In this document: positions 30,393-38,438 of the stretch, piece after piece | Layout: each line of letters starts with the position of its first letter | Position numbering within the stretch: position 1 is the stretch's first letter | NCBI RefSeq assembly: GCF_039990255.1 | Contig: NZ_JBDXGG010000016.1 | Location: 94,958 to 158,957 of the forward strand | Direction: 5' to 3' | DNA from: Nisaea sp. | GTDB taxonomy: Bacteria > Pseudomonadota > Alphaproteobacteria > Thalassobaculales > Thalassobaculaceae | DNA length: 64,000 nt | Notes under the pieces: model-generated | Seen by the model: only the letters and a program-made list of their open reading frames with translations | Told to the model about the DNA's origin: nothing | The model's database searches: none | Program-made: the position numbers and the translations under genes

Positions 30393-31151
30393 ATGCTACG
30401 TCTCGTTTGTTTTATCCTCGTGTTCGTCTGTTCAATTCCGCGCAGCGGTGCGGCCGACATCCCGGTCGATATGGAGCTGGTCCTTGCGATCGACTGTTCC
30501 TCCAGCGTGGATGACGAGGAATTCGCCCTGCAGGTATCCGGCATGGCCAACGCATTCCGCGACCCGATGATCCAGGACGCCATCCAGAACGGTGTTGAGG
30601 GCGCCGTCGGAATCTCCATCATCCAGTGGTCCAGCGAGCGCTTCCAGAATGTGGCTGTCCGCTGGCGCCTGCTGACCGGCCCCGCCGATGCGGACAATCT
30701 GGCGAACGAGATCGAGGCGATGCCGCGCACCATCGGCACCGGCGCAACGTCGATTGCCAATGCCCTGCTTTTCTCCGCGAACAGCTTCAACGGGAACGGC
30801 ATGGAGGGATACCGCCGGGTTATCGACATGTCGGCGGACGGCGAGAACAATCAGGGCCTCGATATTCATATCGCACGGGCGCAGGTTCTGGCTCGCGGCA
30901 TCACCATCAACGGACTGGCAATCCGGAATGAGTTCCCCAATCTCGACATGTATTTCGAGGACCGGGTGATCGGGGGCGAGAGAGCTTTTACCGAAGTGGC
31001 GAAAGATTACGAAGACTACCGAAACGCCATCTTCAGAAAACTTTTCCGCGAATTACGGGACGTCCCGGTTGCAGATGGGTCCGGCCTTGACCCATCATGG
31101 AAAGAGGCACTGCTGATGCAGCAGCCTGAGGAGCGGCTTCAAACGCGGTAA
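30393..31151 (+). CDS. DUF1194 domain protein (vWA-like), paralog 1
   Basis: Signal peptide. 'VDMELVLAIDCSSSVDDEEF' is a MIDAS-like DxSxS. 'RRVIDMSADGENN' and 'GITINGLAI' match the DUF1194 pattern. Confidence 0.8.
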   Translation: MLRLVCFILVFVCSIPRSGAADIPVDMELVLAIDCSSSVDDEEFALQVSGMANAFRDPMIQDAIQNGVEGAVGISIIQWSSERFQNVAVRWRLLTGPADADNLANEIEAMPRTIGTGATSIANALLFSANSFNGNGMEGYRRVIDMSADGENNQGLDIHIARAQVLARGITINGLAIRNEFPNLDMYFEDRVIGGERAFTEVAKDYEDYRNAIFRKLFRELRDVPVADGSGLDPSWKEALLMQQPEERLQTR

Positions 31152-31164
31152 TCAGGGTGATGGT

Positions 31165-31854
31165 TTGAAAATTCTGAAAACGGTTCTGGGCCTGCTCCTG
31201 CTCTGCGTCGGGCCATCTTCCGTTGCCCAGAGTGAATATCCCGTAGATGTCGAACTGGTGCTCGCCATCGATTCTTCCGCCAGCGTCGACCGCGATGAAT
31301 TCGATCTGCAACTGCGCGGCCTCGCTCTCGCTTTCAACGACCCAGAAGTGCAGCAAGCCATCCGGGACGGCGCCTTTCAGGCCATCGCGGTAACCTTGGT
31401 CGAATGGTCAAGCGTCGACCGTCAGGCGGTCAACATTCCTTGGCGCCTGATCAATAGCACCGAAAGCGCAGAAGCCTTCGCTGCGGATGTCGCCGCCTCG
31501 GCCCGCATGGTCGATACCGGCGCCACCTCGATCTCGGCCGCTATCGCCTACAGTGTGCCCATGTTCGCCGTGAACGGTTTCGCCGGCCAGCGCCAGGTGA
31601 TCGATATTTCTGGCGACGGCTTTAACAATTCCGGCCGGTTGATGCAGGAAGGCCGCGAGATCGCAAGCAATGCCCGCGTCACCGTCAACGGGCTGGCTAT
31701 CCAGAATCAGGTGCTGGATCTCGGCGGCTATTTCGAGGAAACCGTCATCACCGGCCCCGGCGCCTTCGTCATCACGGCCGAGGACTACGAGGATTACATC
31801 AAGGCGATCCGGCAGAAATTACTGCGGGAAATCAAGGCGGCGCCGATTTCCTAA
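31165..31854 (+). CDS. DUF1194 domain protein (vWA-like), paralog 2
   Basis: TTG start. Signal peptide. 'VDVELVLAIDSSASVDRDEF', 'RQVIDISGDGFNN' and 'VTVNGLAI' are collinear with paralog 1. Confidence 0.8.
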   Translation: MKILKTVLGLLLLCVGPSSVAQSEYPVDVELVLAIDSSASVDRDEFDLQLRGLALAFNDPEVQQAIRDGAFQAIAVTLVEWSSVDRQAVNIPWRLINSTESAEAFAADVAASARMVDTGATSISAAIAYSVPMFAVNGFAGQRQVIDISGDGFNNSGRLMQEGREIASNARVTVNGLAIQNQVLDLGGYFEETVITGPGAFVITAEDYEDYIKAIRQKLLREIKAAPIS

Positions 31855-31901
31855 CGGCATACGTTGTTATAGACAACGCCTCCGCCCTGCACCAATAGAT
31901 A

Positions 31902-31930
31902 TTGAAATTGCAAGCCTCTCATTCTATTAG
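31902..31930 (+). promoter_or_regulatory. candidate promoter for the islet genes
   Basis: TTGAAA (31902-07), a 17-nt spacer, then TATTAG (31925-30). This is a weak match and is speculative. Confidence 0.25.
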
Positions 31931-31960
31931 TGTATTTTTACCTTAACAAGATTGCCAAAA

Positions 31961-34471
31961 ATGTCCGAAATGACAAAGACGCATTACGACATAATCGTTA
32001 TTATCCCACTAGAAGAGGAACTAGTTTCTTTCTTAGAGGTTTTTCCGTCAATTAGAAATTTAAGCACTGAAATAGAATTTCGACATGAAGTAGATTCTAG
32101 AGAATCTGGACTTCGGATACTTGCAGTGCAGCAATTAGATATGGGCCGAACAAGCGCAATGACAGCAACAATTGGAGCCCTTACTGATTTTACAACTGAT
32201 CTAATAGTAAATATTGGGATCGCCGGCGGAATAACAAATGATTATGTTCTTGGCGATATTTGCTACAGTGGAAACATAATTGACTTATATGATAACTCAA
32301 AAATATCTGATACTGATACTGGCGAACAAGTCACAGAATATTCCCCAAACAATTTTGAGACCCCACAATGCATAACATCCGCGCTTAATTTTTCTAGGGT
32401 TCAGCCAGATTTCTTGGCTAAATATAAAGAATGGCAATCTGAGAGAGAAGTTTTTGTAAAATCGTTAGTAAGTACGAAAATTACAAATAGAGATGGCGAC
32501 GATATTGAAATTGGGAAACCCACTACGAAAAACGGTAAAATAACATGCGGCATCGTCAGCAAGAGCGACTTCTACAATAATAAAATCAAAGGAATTGATA
32601 GGCGCTCGCTCGCAATTGACACTGAATCTGGCGGAATATTTGAAATTGCAAAAAAATATAAAGTATCATGCCTAGCTATAAGAGGAATTTCTGACTACGC
32701 AGATAAATCAAAAAACAAACTGGAAAAAGCAACGGGTGGACAAATTCGTCGTATTGCGGCAACGAATGCCGCGTCGTTTTTCCGACTTCAGTTAATTAAT
32801 CCATATTTTTTAAATGCCATTCATATCGTCCACACACAGAATCACCCAGAACACTCTCTTAATTCATATGAACAAAAAAATGACCCGCTCATCAATCTAA
32901 TCGCGTCGTCGAGCCAAGAAATTAAGAACCACCTGGAAAGAACATGCCCCGAGTATAGGTTACATGAAAAAGGGTACAGCCTACCTGTACCGCGCGTCAT
33001 TCCAATGAACTTAAAAACGAAGGAAGAAAAAAGCAGCTCTCCTATCGAATTAAAGAAAACATTACAAACAAACGATCGTGTAATTATTAAAATACCTCAT
33101 ACATTTCCAGAAAAAAGCTTACCCTGGATTATAGCTGATTCACTAATTTCGAGCGAAATTGACGAACGACAAACCGTTCCCATCATCATTAATGCAGACA
33201 ACATTAGAGGAGCCTCTGATACCATTGAGAAACTCTCATCAAAAGAAGCTATTGAATTAGCGGAAAGTAAAAAAATAACTTTAGTCGTTGTTTTGTACGA
33301 CTTTAATCCAAAAACAAAACACAGAGCCAATCTTGTTATCGATCAAATTAATAAATTTTCAAATATAAAATTTATTATAATATCAAGTGGGGAAGGCGAT
33401 ATTTATACTGAATCAAATTTTGAAGATTTAATCAATGCTAAACCATTCAAAATGTGTGGAATTTCCTTCAATGAAGTGACATTTTTTGTCGAAAAGCATT
33501 TCGATATGTCGATCAACGAGGCAGAAGTTGTAGCACTTCGACTTCGAGATACATTTAGAAAATATGCACTTGATGCTCATCCAACATATTTCGCGGGCAT
33601 TTCTCGAGAAACACTTGCAACATTATTACAAGCAAACCGTCGTTCTGAACTTATCGAGCTCGCCGTTGCTGGATATCTATCTTTTGTTGTTGCTGGAGAC
33701 AAAGAAAGCATACGATTAAGTCGCACGACTCGCGCTCGTTTTTTGACAAATCTGCTGATTAAAATGAAAGTAAACGGGGAGACGTTCACACACTCTGAGC
33801 TAGTAAAATTTGCAGAAGATTTCGCTGTGGAAAGTGACTTCAACATAAATCCACTTCAATTCATAAAATCATTTGAAGATTTCGGCATATTACACTTTAA
33901 TGGAAATGGAGTACAGATATCACTTCCATTTATTGAATCATATTTATTAGCAAATGCCCTTAGTAAAGATAGCACTCTTTCTGCCAGATATATAAAATTT
34001 GATAATAGCTTCGTTGATTACGCGACACTTGATATATACTCAGAAATAGGACCTTCAACAGAGATAATAGAAAAACTGGTTACAGCAGTTGATGGATGTA
34101 TTAGTAAGCTTACAACGAACACTCCGGATAACGATTACTTATTGAGTGACGAAGCAACCGCAGCAGGATTAAAACACCCCAAGCGTCTAGAGGCACTGCA
34201 AAACAACCTAGAGGCGGCCTCTAAGTCTGTCCTAAGTGGTGCTAGAAACGCCGAAGAAAAACAGAAAATACTTGATGCTCAAGATTTCGTACGCCGCTCC
34301 GTATCTCATTCATCTCACGAAAAACAAGATAATTATGATGATGACGGGTTCGAAGCAGAAGCCGCTGAATTTGTCGAATGTGTCACAATTTGGGGAATTT
34401 CAGTAGTTGTACTAGGTGCTGGGGCCGAACACCTAAAAGCACCGATTAAAAGAAAATTAGGAAAAAAATAA
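31961..34471 (+). CDS. PNP_UDP (MTA/SAH-nucleosidase-like) domain protein fused to a degenerate P-loop NTPase-like module and a helical C-terminal region; candidate defence protein
   Basis: ORF 31952..34471, with possible starts at TTG 31952, ATG 31961 or ATG 31970. The N-terminus is collinear with MTAN: 'IIVIIPLEEE', 'DLIVNIGIAGG', 'AIDTESGG' and 'LAIRGISDYAD'. The centre has 'RVIIKIPHTFPEKSL' (Walker-A position), 'ITLVVVLYDF' (Walker-B position) and 'FIIISSGE'. Codon usage is AT-rich. Confidence 0.8.
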   Translation: MSEMTKTHYDIIVIIPLEEELVSFLEVFPSIRNLSTEIEFRHEVDSRESGLRILAVQQLDMGRTSAMTATIGALTDFTTDLIVNIGIAGGITNDYVLGDICYSGNIIDLYDNSKISDTDTGEQVTEYSPNNFETPQCITSALNFSRVQPDFLAKYKEWQSEREVFVKSLVSTKITNRDGDDIEIGKPTTKNGKITCGIVSKSDFYNNKIKGIDRRSLAIDTESGGIFEIAKKYKVSCLAIRGISDYADKSKNKLEKATGGQIRRIAATNAASFFRLQLINPYFLNAIHIVHTQNHPEHSLNSYEQKNDPLINLIASSSQEIKNHLERTCPEYRLHEKGYSLPVPRVIPMNLKTKEEKSSSPIELKKTLQTNDRVIIKIPHTFPEKSLPWIIADSLISSEIDERQTVPIIINADNIRGASDTIEKLSSKEAIELAESKKITLVVVLYDFNPKTKHRANLVIDQINKFSNIKFIIISSGEGDIYTESNFEDLINAKPFKMCGISFNEVTFFVEKHFDMSINEAEVVALRLRDTFRKYALDAHPTYFAGISRETLATLLQANRRSELIELAVAGYLSFVVAGDKESIRLSRTTRARFLTNLLIKMKVNGETFTHSELVKFAEDFAVESDFNINPLQFIKSFEDFGILHFNGNGVQISLPFIESYLLANALSKDSTLSARYIKFDNSFVDYATLDIYSEIGPSTEIIEKLVTAVDGCISKLTTNTPDNDYLLSDEATAAGLKHPKRLEALQNNLEAASKSVLSGARNAEEKQKILDAQDFVRRSVSHSSHEKQDNYDDDGFEAEAAEFVECVTIWGISVVVLGAGAEHLKAPIKRKLGKK

Positions 34472-34515
34472 TAGAACTTTCCGCACGCATAATAGATAAA
34501 TGGACCTCATATTCT

Positions 34516-35028
34516 TTGAGAATAAATTTCGACCGTTTTAGGGAAGAATTTTCAGACGAGGCTTTTCTACAGAAACTCCCCGGAGATGAAAGCATTGAGC
34601 AAAAGAGAAAATTCACGCTAAATTTGGTTGACCTTATGGAGATCGAGTCAAAGTCCTATCCGTTTAAAAAAATCTTAGGCTATGTATGTGAGCAGGCTCG
34701 ACAAAATGTCCTAGCCGAGAGCCTTAGAAAAATTGACGTCTCCGGCAAAGTCGAAAAAATTATTCACGGGTCTTGGCTTACTGATATTGAAGCAGATCAA
34801 GGAAAACACTTACTAAAAGATGCGATAAAAAATCTCCCACATGCAGCCCTTCTTCGAATGACTTTATGTTCTCTTTATCTACATCGTATCTATTGGTCGC
34901 ATTGGAAAAAAGACCATAAAATAACATTACTTGAAGCAGCAAACGATGCGATTCGACCGCTCGGGCGAGAAATTAGTGCTTCAGAAATGAAAAAATTGAT
35001 TAAAAGCGAACCTTCAGAAGATGATTAA
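34516..35028 (+). CDS. hypothetical protein: either the partner of the nucleosidase-domain protein or its frameshifted C-terminal continuation
   Basis: 170-aa ORF from a TTG at 34516, with the same AT-rich composition. Its frame is open back to 34450 and overlaps the end of the upstream ORF across an A7 run. The first ATG comes only at the 'MEIESK' codon. Confidence 0.5.
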   Translation: MRINFDRFREEFSDEAFLQKLPGDESIEQKRKFTLNLVDLMEIESKSYPFKKILGYVCEQARQNVLAESLRKIDVSGKVEKIIHGSWLTDIEADQGKHLLKDAIKNLPHAALLRMTLCSLYLHRIYWSHWKKDHKITLLEAANDAIRPLGREISASEMKKLIKSEPSEDD

Positions 35029-35077
35029 CTTCTATAATTCCACATGCAGAAAACGTTTAACTCTCTGATCCCATACT

Positions 35078-36127
35078 TCAACCGCGCACGCCTTCGAACC
35101 CATCCAGAAATGCCGCCAGATTATCCCCGAGCTGATCGGAGATATAACCGCCCTCCTGCACCAGCAGGCTCGGATACCCGGCCTCCGAGATCGTACGGCC
35201 CATGCGGCGGAAGCCTTCCGTGGTGATCTTGCAGAAAGCCAACGGGTCTGCCTCTGAAGCGTCGAGGCCGAGGGCGACGACCAGCACGTCCGGCTTGAAG
35301 GCGGCCACGCTTTCCAGCGCGTCGGCGAGAATTTCGATATAGGCATCGTCGCCGGTGCCCTGGGGCAGTGGGTAATTCACGTTGCACCCGGCCCCCTCGC
35401 CTTCGCCCGTCTCGTGGCCGAAGCCGGTGAAGAAAGGATAATAGGTTGCCGGATCGCCATGCAGGGAGACGGTCTGCACGTCGCCGCGCTCATAGAAGAT
35501 GCCTTGCGTGCCGTTGCCGTGATGCACATCCACATCGAGGATCGCGACCTTTGCCGCTCCCTTGTCCCGCAAGCGCTGGGCCGCGATGGCGGAATTGTTC
35601 AGGAAGCAGAAGCCGCCGGCCTGGTCCGCATAGGCATGGTGCCCCGGAGGACGGCAAAGAGCGTAGAGATAGGCTCCCCTGTTCCCACCGTCGATATCCT
35701 GCACCAAAATGTCAGCAGCGGTTACCGCGACATCTGACGAGGCCAGAGCGCCTTTCCAGGTCCCCTCTCCGATCGGGCAAGCCGTGTCCGCCTGATAATG
35801 GCCTGACTGGGCGACGATATGCTGAGGCGGCTGCGCCATGTTGCGGCCGGAATGCACGTTCGGGATAATCTCGTCCGCATGGTCCGGCAGCGCGCACCAG
35901 CGCTCCCAGGCATTCTCCAGAAAGTCGAGATAACCCGCATCGTGAATCCGGGCCACCGGGCTGGCGCCGTGCGTGCTGGCCGGGGTCAGATCATGGCCGG
36001 CATCCGTCGCCGCCTTGAAGAGGATCTCCGCCCGTTCCGGACGCTCCGGACTCTGCACGATGGCGCCCCGCGTTATGAAGCGTTTCGGGGCATGCACCAC
36101 ATGCCCGTCTGTATAAATCACTCGCAT
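35078..36127 (-). CDS. histone deacetylase family protein (acetylpolyamine/acetoin-type amidohydrolase)
   Basis: 'CRPPGHHA' and 'ILDVDVHHGNGTQ' are zinc-deacetylase motifs. 349 aa. Confidence 0.85.
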   Translation of the reverse strand: MRVIYTDGHVVHAPKRFITRGAIVQSPERPERAEILFKAATDAGHDLTPASTHGASPVARIHDAGYLDFLENAWERWCALPDHADEIIPNVHSGRNMAQPPQHIVAQSGHYQADTACPIGEGTWKGALASSDVAVTAADILVQDIDGGNRGAYLYALCRPPGHHAYADQAGGFCFLNNSAIAAQRLRDKGAAKVAILDVDVHHGNGTQGIFYERGDVQTVSLHGDPATYYPFFTGFGHETGEGEGAGCNVNYPLPQGTGDDAYIEILADALESVAAFKPDVLVVALGLDASEADPLAFCKITTEGFRRMGRTISEAGYPSLLVQEGGYISDQLGDNLAAFLDGFEGVRG

Positions 36128-36154
36128 CTTGTCTACTGCCGCCAGAAAGGAACG

Positions 36155-37687
36155 TTAGAGAGGGATGTTGTCGTGCTTCTTCCAGGGATTTTCGAGCTGC
36201 TTGTTCTTCAGCATCGAGAGCCCCCGGCAAATCCGCCGACGCGTGTTATGCGGCAGGATCACGTCGTCGATATATCCGCGCGCACCGGCAACGAAAGGAT
36301 TGGCGAATTTTTGCCGGTATTCCTCAGTCCGCTCAGCGATTTTCTCCTCATCCCCGAGATCTGCCCGAAAGATGATCTCAACCGCGCCCTTTGGCCCCAT
36401 TACGGCAATTTCCGCCGTCGGCCAGGCGAAGTTCAGGTCGCCCCGCAGATGCTTGGAGCTCATTACGTCATAGGCGCCGCCATAGGCCTTGCGGGTGATC
36501 ACCGTGATCTTCGGCACCGTGGCTTCCGCATAGGCATAGAGCAACTTGGCACCATGCTTGATGATGCCGTTGTACTCCTGCGAGGTTCCCGGCAGGAAGC
36601 CAGGCACGTCGACGAAAGTGACGATCGGAATATTGAAGCAGTCACAGAATCGCACGAAACGCGCCGCCTTCTTCGAGCTTTCGATATCGAGGCACCCAGC
36701 CAGCACCATCGGCTGGTTGGCGACAATGCCCACCGTCGAGCCCATCATGCGCGCGAAACCAACGATGATATTGCCCGCATAATTCGGCTGGATCTCGAAG
36801 AAATCGCCCTCGTCGACGACCTTCTCGATCAGCTCTTTCATATCGTAAGGCTTGTTCGGGTTGGCCGGGATCAGTGTATCGAGGGAAATCTCCGGACGGT
36901 CCATCGTGTCGGCGGTTGGCCGTACCGGCGGTTTTTCACGATTGTTCAACGGCAGAAAATCAATGAAGCGGCGGAGCTGCAGCAGCGCCTCGACATCGTT
37001 TTCGAACGCCATGTCGGCGACGCCAGACTTGGTGGAATGCGTGATTGCGCCACCCAGTTCTTCCTGGGTGACCGTCTCATGCGTCACGGTCTTGACCACG
37101 TCCGGGCCGGTGACGAACATGTAGGAGCTGTCCTTCACCATAAAGATGAAGTCTGTCATGGCCGGAGAATAAACGGCGCCGCCGGCGCACGGGCCCATGA
37201 TCATGGAAATCTGCGGTACCACGCCCGACGCCAGCACGTTGCGCTGGAAAACTTCGGCATAACCGCCGAGGGAAGCGACGCCTTCCTGGATGCGGGCGCC
37301 GCCACTGTCATTCAGCCCAATGACCGGCGCGCCGACCTTCATGGCCTGATCCATCAGCTTGCAGATCTTTTCCGCGTGGGCTTCCGAAAGAGAGCCGCCG
37401 AAAACGGTAAAGTCCTGGCTGAAGACGAAAATCATGCGGCCGTTAACGGTGCCGTATCCGGTCACTACGCCATCGCCCGGCACCTTGTTCTCGGCCATGC
37501 CGAAATCGGTGCAGCGATGCTCGACGAACATGTCCCATTCCTCGAACGAGCCTTCGTCGAGCAACAGTTCTATCCGTTCCCGCGCTGTCAACTTGCCTTT
37601 GGCATGCTGCGCCGCGACCCGCTTCTCTCCACCGCCCGCACGCGCGCCGTCGCGCATTTCACCGAGCCGCTGAATGATTTCCTGCAT
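36155..37687 (-). CDS. pccB: acyl-CoA carboxylase carboxyltransferase subunit (propionyl-CoA carboxylase beta)
   Basis: '[26 protein letters not shown]' and '[11 protein letters not shown]'. 510 aa from 'MQEIIQRL' (the ORF opens at 37714). Confidence 0.9.
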   Translation of the reverse strand: MQEIIQRLGEMRDGARAGGGEKRVAAQHAKGKLTARERIELLLDEGSFEEWDMFVEHRCTDFGMAENKVPGDGVVTGYGTVNGRMIFVFSQDFTVFGGSLSEAHAEKICKLMDQAMKVGAPVIGLNDSGGARIQEGVASLGGYAEVFQRNVLASGVVPQISMIMGPCAGGAVYSPAMTDFIFMVKDSSYMFVTGPDVVKTVTHETVTQEELGGAITHSTKSGVADMAFENDVEALLQLRRFIDFLPLNNREKPPVRPTADTMDRPEISLDTLIPANPNKPYDMKELIEKVVDEGDFFEIQPNYAGNIIVGFARMMGSTVGIVANQPMVLAGCLDIESSKKAARFVRFCDCFNIPIVTFVDVPGFLPGTSQEYNGIIKHGAKLLYAYAEATVPKITVITRKAYGGAYDVMSSKHLRGDLNFAWPTAEIAVMGPKGAVEIIFRADLGDEEKIAERTEEYRQKFANPFVAGARGYIDDVILPHNTRRRICRGLSMLKNKQLENPWKKHDNIPL

Positions 37688-37738
37688 TCGTCTAATCTCC
37701 CTGAACCGCGCCACGATAGGCGCAGCCCGCGCGGCGCG

Positions 37739-38434
37739 TCAAACCCGGCAGAAAGTAATGAAACGGGCGGCGTTCGTCATGTCCGCCGCCATGCCTTTAC
37801 GGCGGGCCAGCGCTTCACTGTCTTCGCCCCAGCGCTCAGCCTGGAACAACTCGTCAAGCAACGCGTATTCAATGCCTTTTTCGACCTCAATACGGCCTTC
37901 CAGAACCGCTAGCGCGATCACCAGAGAGCCGAATCCGGTTGTCAGCTGGTAGAGCCCGGACAGAACCAGATCATTGTGTTCAGCGATCCCAACACGCAGC
38001 GCGGCAAGCGATTCCTGGCTCTGGGTCAAGGGCATGATTCCGGCGGTGACGGCAAGTTCTGCGCCGAATCGCTCCCGGCACCAATCCAGCAGCGGCTGCC
38101 AGGATTTGGCCTGCCGGATCACCAGATCGTCCGGATCTTCTGCCCGGTAGCACAACAGATCTGAGCCACCGTAAGCGACGATCTGGTCGATCACGTCATC
38201 TCGCTGCGGCGTTACCCGGTCGATCCCGGTAGCAGACAGCGACATGAAGGGCATTGAGTCCGGGAGGATTTTCTCTCCCTGAGCATTCCATTCGGCGGCG
38301 ATTTTCGCCGCCAGCTCTTCAACCGGCAACAGCAGCGGCGCTTTCGCCGGAGTGCGGACGGGACGATCATCGAGTAAAACCTGATAGCCGCCGTCCGCCT
38401 TCTCAACCGAAGCCGCCTCATAGAACCGTTTCAC
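37739..38434 (-). CDS. ATP12 family F1-ATPase assembly chaperone
   Basis: 'MKRFYEAASVEKADGGYQVLLDDRPVRTPAKAPLLLP...AAEWNAQ' is the typical ATP12 N-terminus. 231 aa. Confidence 0.8.
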   Translation of the reverse strand: MKRFYEAASVEKADGGYQVLLDDRPVRTPAKAPLLLPVEELAAKIAAEWNAQGEKILPDSMPFMSLSATGIDRVTPQRDDVIDQIVAYGGSDLLCYRAEDPDDLVIRQAKSWQPLLDWCRERFGAELAVTAGIMPLTQSQESLAALRVGIAEHNDLVLSGLYQLTTGFGSLVIALAVLEGRIEVEKGIEYALLDELFQAERWGEDSEALARRKGMAADMTNAARFITFCRV

Positions 38435-38438
38435 ACAC

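Larger units (their letters stand above)
31900..35077. other. AT-rich foreign islet (~3.2 kb) without mobility genes
   Basis: Individual 60-nt lines inside count to roughly 30-35% G+C, against over 60% on both flanks. The boundaries fall between the DUF1194 stop (31854) and the HDAC-like stop (35078). No integrase, transposase, tRNA or flanking direct repeat was seen. Confidence 0.85.

Noticed and set aside
31855-35077. Searched the islet and its edges for tRNA/att sites, an integrase, IS ends, CRISPR repeats or toxin-antitoxin pairs
   Set aside because: None found by eye. The minus-strand ORFs 33097..33330 and 33577..33846 are short, lack starts with an RBS, and lie antisense to the large ORF, so they are treated as spurious.
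35044-35226. 60-aa plus-strand ORF at the right islet border
   Set aside because: It lies antisense to the 3' end of the HDAC-like gene, has Pro/Arg-rich composition and has no start context.
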